Below, piece by piece: positions 58,140 through 64,000 of a stretch of 64,000 nucleotides of DNA. Source of the stretch: Fibrobacterales bacterium (GTDB lineage: Bacteria > Fibrobacterota > Fibrobacteria > Fibrobacterales > JAOPTW01); contig JAOPTW010000010.1 of NCBI GenBank assembly GCA_051532035.1, positions 8,382 to 72,381 of the forward strand, read 5' to 3'. Every line of letters begins with the position of its first letter. Within the stretch, counting starts at the first letter, position 1. Position numbers and translations under genes: made by a program. The notes beneath the pieces were generated by a model that worked only from the letters and a program-made list of their open reading frames with translations, was not told the origin of the DNA and did not search any database.

Positions 58140-58643
58140 TTAGCCAAAATATTTCTGTTTTAAAAAGATCGCTTCAGTATCAAAAGCGGCTTTATCATTT
58201 TCGTTCATTAATCCATTAATCTTTGCTAACTCTTTTTCTAGCCCAGAGAGAGCAGATAAAAAACTCTCAACGGTCGACTCTTTTTCGGAACCCGAGAGAG
58301 CACAATATTTCTCAACAAGACCCATAAGGTGGTCATTCGCAATTTTTTCTACAACCCACGTAATCTCGGTAGAGGGGTGATCGTCGTGGAGACGAGGCAG
58401 ACTTTCTACCAGTGAATCTATCAGCCTTTCAACTGCAGTAATCACCTCAGAAGGCACACCATAGGTTGTGCGGATAGCAAGATTAACGATACTCAGCCGC
58501 TGAAAGACCGGTATCAAAGTGTCGCTCTGGCCTTCCTTTTTTGGAATCCTGCTCTTCCCTCTTTTCCGTTTATCTCTATTGAGATAATAGAGCAGACCTG
58601 AGGCCGCTAACAGCAGAAATATAAGAATATATTTATTTGACAT
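58140..58643 (-). CDS. XpaC-like membrane-anchored helical protein
   Basis: N-terminal TM, helical domain with LVEKYCAL and C-terminal FDTEAIFL; directly upstream of telA as in xpaC-telA pairs. Confidence 0.55.
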   Translation of the reverse strand: MSNKYILIFLLLAASGLLYYLNRDKRKRGKSRIPKKEGQSDTLIPVFQRLSIVNLAIRTTYGVPSEVITAVERLIDSLVESLPRLHDDHPSTEITWVVEKIANDHLMGLVEKYCALSGSEKESTVESFLSALSGLEKELAKINGLMNENDKAAFDTEAIFLKQKYFG

Positions 58644-58707
58644 AACAACTCACCAATGGAAGGTTACTGAACAATGTACAAAAATTCATAAATTGACACC
58701 TCTATAA

Positions 58708-59607
58708 TTATAAGGCCAATTTGATTAACAGTACCGAAAACCCAATGAGGAGTACCCCTTCAATAATTGCAGATCCCCAGTTGTGATCTTCGCTAATCTC
58801 ACGGTTCATGAGGCACCCAGGCAGCATCACTTTATCTATCATATAGCGAACAGTGACGAGTAAGAACATAGAGAGTACAACCCACGCAATAAGGACAACG
58901 AGTGAGTCGGTATACGTAATACCTGCCCCCGTTAAAATACCCACTGCGATAAGATTAAGCCCAAAAGCAACTCCTGCTGAGGCATTGTCTTTTTCAATCT
59001 CTTTATGGAGGTCATAGGGGGTTATCAGTTGATAGAGTTCACCATAGAGGAAAAAGACCCCTTGTCCGATAATTGAGTAAAGAACGGTTCCAAAGATATC
59101 ATAGCCAATACTCTCTGACTCGCCAGAGACCACTGCTTTAATAATAAAGCCAACGCCGACAAGACAGCCAAACTCAACTGCTCCAGTACCAACATTACGA
59201 TCAGTTACGAGCTCTTTATTGGTCGAAAACTTTCTTAAGAGAATTTTGTCGTTCATAAAACGCGCCATATTTAAAAGAAAAATTCCCACAACACCCCATA
59301 TCAGTGTCATAAGAACATCTTGATAGATATTCACTTCACGAGTAGTCTCGGTAGAAAATACGCCAATGATAATCAACATGAGCGCAAAAAGATACCCGGC
59401 AAAGGAGAGTGCAATTGCTTTGTTATCTTCGGTTGTTAACTGGTGATCTAATGCAAACGGTACCGTTTTATTAAACGCAAATTTACCCAAGGCAAGAATA
59501 ACCACCGCGAGCAAAAGGTAAATCGCTGCCTCTGAATGGAGAAGAAAGGAGAGATCGGTTAAGTCGGTTAAGTCGGTTAATTGCGCTATAATTGATTCTA
59601 TATTCAC
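58708..59607 (-). CDS. DUF350 domain membrane protein (tandem domains)
   Basis: Four repeats of the DUF350 pattern: QLTTEDNKAIA, ELVTDRNVGTG, ITPYDLHKEIEKDNASAG, EISEDHNWGSA. Confidence 0.85.
   Translation of the reverse strand: MNIESIIAQLTDLTDLTDLSFLLHSEAAIYLLLAVVILALGKFAFNKTVPFALDHQLTTEDNKAIALSFAGYLFALMLIIIGVFSTETTREVNIYQDVLMTLIWGVVGIFLLNMARFMNDKILLRKFSTNKELVTDRNVGTGAVEFGCLVGVGFIIKAVVSGESESIGYDIFGTVLYSIIGQGVFFLYGELYQLITPYDLHKEIEKDNASAGVAFGLNLIAVGILTGAGITYTDSLVVLIAWVVLSMFLLVTVRYMIDKVMLPGCLMNREISEDHNWGSAIIEGVLLIGFSVLLIKLAL
59554..59580. repeat. 9-bp tandem repeat x3 (LTD LTD LTD)
   Basis: (A/G)TCGGTTAA repeated three times near the 5' end of the DUF350 gene. Confidence 0.6.
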
Positions 59608-59609
59608 TG

Positions 59610-60482
59610 TTATTTACCCCCGAAAAAGCCACCACTTCTACCAAAGCCAGAGCTTCGTACAGAGCGATTTGATTTACCGAAAAAACTACTGGTTGATTTT
59701 TTCTTATATCCTGTTGTACGTTTTACCTGTTTGGAAGGAAAGCGTTTTTGATAATCCATCTGTTTACGAGATGGGTTTTTCATAGGTGCACGTACTTTAG
59801 ACGCGCTTCTCGATGCATTGGGTGACTTCATAGTACTCTGACGAGCCTGAGAGCCTTTATTAAAATTTGAACCATTAGTACGACGCGAGGTGTACCGACC
59901 ATAATCTGAATATGAACGAGTACGATATCCACCTCCATAGTATGAGGGGTATGCTCCAAAACCAAAAGGCGATGCATAAAAAGGGCGACGTCCAAAGGCC
60001 CAACTTAAAAAGAGATAGTCTGTAATACCAAAGCGAGATTGATAGTAGTGGTTGTGCCCATACATCTGCTGGTTACCCCGCACAGCAACTTCGGCCTGTT
60101 GTTCACCCGCTTGCTTTACTTCTATGGTTGCAACTTCTTGCACATCATCTTTTTCAACTTCTACCGTAAGAGAGTATCCCTTTTCGGCTGCCGAGCCAAA
60201 TTCCGTAACGTTAATATAATCGACAACACCATCTTCGTTGAGGTCGAGGTTATTAACGCCTGTAGTTTTGGAATTCAGAAGACGTTCTAAGTCAGCGCCA
60301 TCTTTTGCCTCTTTGAGTAAGCTCCCCACAGTTTTAAGGTCAAGCCCTTTTTCGGCAGTAACTTTTGTCTGTACATTGACATTATAATTTGAAGTGCTCC
60401 CCTTTTCTCCTGAAGAAAAAAGTTGCCACACCACTATGGCAATAAAACCAATGAGAAAGACCTTTAAATATTTTTCGCTCAT
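59610..60482 (-). CDS. Membrane-anchored protein with DxNxDG motif and basic Gly/Ser/Arg-rich tail ending GGK
   Basis: N-terminal TM, LDLNEDGVVDYI, tail RSVRSSGFGRSGGFFGGK; start set to ATG MSEKY. Confidence 0.75.
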   Translation of the reverse strand: MSEKYLKVFLIGFIAIVVWQLFSSGEKGSTSNYNVNVQTKVTAEKGLDLKTVGSLLKEAKDGADLERLLNSKTTGVNNLDLNEDGVVDYINVTEFGSAAEKGYSLTVEVEKDDVQEVATIEVKQAGEQQAEVAVRGNQQMYGHNHYYQSRFGITDYLFLSWAFGRRPFYASPFGFGAYPSYYGGGYRTRSYSDYGRYTSRRTNGSNFNKGSQARQSTMKSPNASRSASKVRAPMKNPSRKQMDYQKRFPSKQVKRTTGYKKKSTSSFFGKSNRSVRSSGFGRSGGFFGGK

Positions 60483-60509
60483 ACAATTTCCTTTTTTGGG
60501 CAGCACCAA

Positions 60510-62186
60510 TTAGTAGTGTCTCTGCCAACCTTCTAAATAATAGTCATAAACAACAGGTGTTGTCAGTGTATTGACCCCATTGTATTGTGATTTCAACTGA
60601 TCTTTACCAAACATAAAGTTTTTCTGAATTACGGCCCCATTTATATAACGCGTTTCAACCTCTTGAGGTATCACTGGAACTTGTTTAAATCGTGTATCAC
60701 GATAGGCTTTGGTCACTGTTTGCGGATGCCCCCCGATCCACCACCCCCATTCTCCAAAGGTCGGTACATTATCGTGATAGGGAAAAGCCGACAAACCAAC
60801 ATGACGCATGGTTCTCCCTATTGCCAGGTAGGCCTCTTTGGCAAATACTGGTGACGATGACTGTTGTACAAATACTCCGGTAATAGCGAGTTTTTTCTTA
60901 AGACGTTCATAAAAAAGTGTGGAATAAAGTTTTGCGAGTTCTGGAGCATTGGGATCTGGAAAATCGATAAGTATCACATCAAATACCCCTGAAGCTTGTT
61001 CTAAAAAGTTAGCCGCATCGATATTAATTACCTGAACTGATGCTACCGGCTCTGATTCTGCGGTGTATCCTTTCAGCTTGTTTGCGGCAACGATAGTCTG
61101 TTTTCCCGATGGAATGAGTGTTCCATTCTGGAGCAATGTAACTTTTGCGTTACGTAAACTTCCTCGATTCATACTACTCAGTTCTGGAATACTCTGGGCT
61201 ATTTCGGTCATTTTGGGGTCGAGATCACAGAGAACCACCTCTTCTACATCAGAGTATTTAAGAACCTCACGGAGAGCAAGACCATCTCCCCCACCTAAAA
61301 TAAGTACTCTTTTTCGACTTCCAGACAACGCCATCGCCGGATGCACCAAATTTTCATGATAGATGTGCTCATCAAAGCTATTAAACTGAAGGTGCCCATT
61401 TATATAGAGTGAAATGTCGTGAGCTCGAGAATCGGTCATTACAATGTGTTGATATTGAGTGGTTTCTGAAAAGATGATGGTATCTTTATAAAGATACTGT
61501 TCTGCATCTATGGACCACTCTTTAGCATTCAGCAGGCCCCAGAAAAGTCCACACACTATTAGGGCAATTAAGATTGATAAATACCCGAGATATTTGAGAT
61601 ATTTTCTAAAATATATCAAAGCAACAATGGTTGCCGCTGCATTAATAAGCCCAAGAACAAAGGCCATCTCAACCAATGTAAAATAATGAGGGAGGAGATA
61701 GACCCACACAATGGCACCACAGAGTGACCCAAGGTAGTCCATCTTAAGTATGCTCCCGATATTGAATTTTAGCTCTTTAATATAATTGGTATTGATACGA
61801 GCAAGAAGTGGAATTTCGAATCCTATAAGTAAGCCGATTGAGGCAATAAAAAAATACTGGACAAGAACATAGTGCGTTGGGTATTGACCATAGGTGACGA
61901 TCATCGCAATGGGTGCAATGGCACCGCAGATACTCAGGAGCATTTCGGCAAGGAGGTATTTGTCAAAAAGATTATTGTCTTTAATATACTTTTGTAAGTC
62001 TGAACCAATACCCATGAAAAACATCATGGTGGCGATAATAATGGCCCACTGCTTAACTGAGTTACCTAGAAGATCTGATGCGATTTTTGAAATCGTATAT
62101 TCATAAGCCAGACCACATCCCCCCATGATAAACATGGTAAGATAGATGATATAACTCGGCATATTCTTTGAATGTAAAATACCCAC
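60510..62186 (-). CDS. speE: Membrane-bound polyamine aminopropyltransferase (spermidine synthase-like)
   Basis: About 7 N-terminal TMs (CGLAYE, GFEIPL), YHENLVHP, LILGGGDGLALRE, DFPDP, VPTFGEWG. Confidence 0.92.
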   Translation of the reverse strand: MGILHSKNMPSYIIYLTMFIMGGCGLAYEYTISKIASDLLGNSVKQWAIIIATMMFFMGIGSDLQKYIKDNNLFDKYLLAEMLLSICGAIAPIAMIVTYGQYPTHYVLVQYFFIASIGLLIGFEIPLLARINTNYIKELKFNIGSILKMDYLGSLCGAIVWVYLLPHYFTLVEMAFVLGLINAAATIVALIYFRKYLKYLGYLSILIALIVCGLFWGLLNAKEWSIDAEQYLYKDTIIFSETTQYQHIVMTDSRAHDISLYINGHLQFNSFDEHIYHENLVHPAMALSGSRKRVLILGGGDGLALREVLKYSDVEEVVLCDLDPKMTEIAQSIPELSSMNRGSLRNAKVTLLQNGTLIPSGKQTIVAANKLKGYTAESEPVASVQVINIDAANFLEQASGVFDVILIDFPDPNAPELAKLYSTLFYERLKKKLAITGVFVQQSSSPVFAKEAYLAIGRTMRHVGLSAFPYHDNVPTFGEWGWWIGGHPQTVTKAYRDTRFKQVPVIPQEVETRYINGAVIQKNFMFGKDQLKSQYNGVNTLTTPVVYDYYLEGWQRHY

Positions 62187-62296
62187 TGCTCCTGTTTATG
62201 AATACTTCACAAAGTAATAAACTCTCTCTTGAGAGAGAAGAGGCCTAAAGCGATGATTTTAAGATATACATGGTTTAAAAAGTTAAGAATAAGTGG

Positions 62297-62740
62297 TTAA
62301 TCATCCATATGTTTGATTTCAGCAACAAATTCATTGGCGTCTTTAAACTCCCGATAGACACTCGCATACCGAACATAAGCCACTGAATCAAGAGCTTTAA
62401 GCTGTTTCATTACTTCTTCACCAATCATCTCGGATGGCGCTTCTTGGTTTGCAACTGAAGTGAGGACTTCACGAACATTATCGACGGATTTATCAATCTG
62501 ATCCATAGAAACCTGACGTTTTGCACAGGCGATCATAAAACTGTTGACCAATTTTTGACGATCAAATGGAATTCGACTTCCATCACGTTTTTTCACAACA
62601 AGGGGTACAGACTCTACATATTCATAAGTGGTAAAGCGCTTACCGCACTCAAGGCACTCACGGCGTCTGCGGATTGAATCCCCGCTTGAGCGTGAATCTA
62701 CCACTTTGTCATGTTCATGTTTGCAGAATGGACATTTCAT
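62297..62740 (-). CDS. nrdR: Transcriptional repressor NrdR
   Basis: MKCPFC, VVDSR, RRRREC..C.KRFTTYE, VAYVRYASVYREF. Confidence 0.98.
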   Translation of the reverse strand: MKCPFCKHEHDKVVDSRSSGDSIRRRRECLECGKRFTTYEYVESVPLVVKKRDGSRIPFDRQKLVNSFMIACAKRQVSMDQIDKSVDNVREVLTSVANQEAPSEMIGEEVMKQLKALDSVAYVRYASVYREFKDANEFVAEIKHMDD

Positions 62741-62882
62741 TCCGAACCTCGTCTATATAGGGTATATGTGTAAGTAATAATACACAATATACTAGGTGTG
62801 CACAAGCAAATTTCTCAAATTAACCTCAAATCATGAGTTTAAACAAAGTTACACCTTTTTAATGAAGCCCGCACTTCAATTA

Positions 62883-64000
62883 TCAGCGCTTAGGGCCACA
62901 ATAAATATATTTAGGACGCATAATGGGTAATCCTTTCCCCTCTCGCGCAATTGTTCGTTCATATACAATTTGAGCAGCAATACCGACACACCGTGACATG
63001 CCAAATAGAACCGTATAGTAATTTTCATCCCTGAGGCCACAAGCAGTTAGAACCGAACCCGATACTGCGTCTACATTGGGATAGGGGTCTGCAACTTTGG
63101 GCTGTTTTTCTAAAAACTCAACGGCCACATCTTTGAGTGCGCGCGCCATACGGTAGTGTTTATCATGCAGGGCAACTCGATCGCCTATTTCGTAAAGCAC
63201 TGTTGCACGAGGGTCCTGTTTTCTGAGTACTGCATGTCCAAACCCATACACTTTACCACCTGCATTAAAGTGTTCCTCGATAAACCGATAGAGTTGATCG
63301 TGGTCTTCTGGCTCCGGTACTTTATCCAGTACCATCTTAATGAAGTTGAGACACTCTTGATTTGCCATTCCATGGAGCGGACCTGCAAGAGCACACATTG
63401 CTGATATGAGTGACCCATAAACATCCTCCTGACCCGATGCAACTGCCTTACCCACAAGGGTGGATAAATTCCCACCCCCATGATCAAAGTGGAGTACATT
63501 AAATACTCGCATGAGCTCGGGGAGTGCATCAGTACCTTCGGGGGCCCCCAGCATATGGGCAAAGTTCTCCATATAGCCACGCTCTGGCTCCGAGGGTATA
63601 AGGTCACCCCATCCTGATCGCAGCCTAAATATTGCCGCCACCACTTCGGGTAGCTGCGCTATTAAGTTCATACTATCTTCATAGTAATCTTTTGTTGCGG
63701 TAAATATATCGAGGGCATTAAGGCCTGCAGTGAGCCACTGCATTGGGTGGGCCTCTTTTGGTGTTGTAGCAAGATAGTCTAATACCTCTTTTTTAACGAC
63801 TGCCCGATCTTGAAGCTCTTTCTTAAATGCTTCATAAGCAGAAGGGTGTGGAAATTCCAAATTAAACAGAAGATAGATTACCTCCTCTGGGTCGCGATAG
63901 GCAACGTCACTAATAGGGTACCCAGCATAATGTACCCCTTTATCGGGATTAACAAAACTACTTTGGCAATAGCCCACTGGCACCTTACGTAAACCTGACA
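62883..64000 (-). CDS. gltA: Citrate synthase (5' end outside the window)
   Basis: DHGGGN, GPLHGMANQE, GFGHAVLR, PNVD. The frame stays open to the window edge (SGLRKVPVGYC). Confidence 0.93.
   Translation of the reverse strand, partial: SGLRKVPVGYCQSSFVNPDKGVHYAGYPISDVAYRDPEEVIYLLFNLEFPHPSAYEAFKKELQDRAVVKKEVLDYLATTPKEAHPMQWLTAGLNALDIFTATKDYYEDSMNLIAQLPEVVAAIFRLRSGWGDLIPSEPERGYMENFAHMLGAPEGTDALPELMRVFNVLHFDHGGGNLSTLVGKAVASGQEDVYGSLISAMCALAGPLHGMANQECLNFIKMVLDKVPEPEDHDQLYRFIEEHFNAGGKVYGFGHAVLRKQDPRATVLYEIGDRVALHDKHYRMARALKDVAVEFLEKQPKVADPYPNVDAVSGSVLTACGLRDENYYTVLFGMSRCVGIAAQIVYERTIAREGKGLPIMRPKYIYCGPKR

Noticed and set aside
59554..59580. Phase-variation tract in the DUF350 gene
   Set aside because: The 9-bp unit is in frame, so slippage would not switch expression.
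1..64000. tRNA/rRNA genes, IS elements, integrases, prophage, known defence systems
   Set aside because: None recognised; intergenic regions are short and AT-rich. A covariance-model scan would be needed to exclude small ncRNAs in 29942-30425, 21870-22099 and 46100-46245.

Overview
Low-GC bacterial chromosomal segment, mostly housekeeping genes. I saw no tRNA, rRNA, CRISPR array or mobile element. The lineage is probably FCB-group, most likely Fibrobacterota. This is an inference from Fibrobacter-like C-terminal modules on secreted proteins, TAnnTTTG-like promoter boxes alongside normal Shine-Dalgarno sites, and dense D-(S/T)-hydrophobic motifs in exported proteins. Contents in order: ribD-ribE-ribBA-ribH-nusB; PfkB kinase and Mpg glycosylase; a long minus-strand run (uvrD-gatC-kdsB-pyrG-comEA-pilM-pilN/O-rsmD-coaD-rhomboid); groESL with a sigma-54 promoter and a divergent orphan HicB; two large secreted proteins (919 and 1151 aa); REC-STAS plus hemN; two tandem porins divergent from a PPi-type PEP carboxykinase; lolC/E-lolD; a 3082-aa secreted protein sharing the stalk module and C-terminal G-V-[LI]-R domain of the other two; a sigma-28-type gene; a histone-like protein with a DksA/TraR-like zinc finger; lepA-chorismate mutase-tyrA-degenerate aroA-nadK-recN-pgsA-speD; an opposite-strand speE / GK-tail protein / DUF350 / XpaC / TelA / DUF4178 operon; nrdR; partial citrate synthase. 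Best candidates for undescribed biology: (1) the polyamine-linked envelope operon with XpaC-TelA, (2) the shared C-terminal sorting domain and probable heavy O-glycosylation of the surface proteins, (3) an AroA pseudoenzyme, (4) the histone-like/DksA-like fusion. All family assignments come from motif recognition by eye; no database searches were run.
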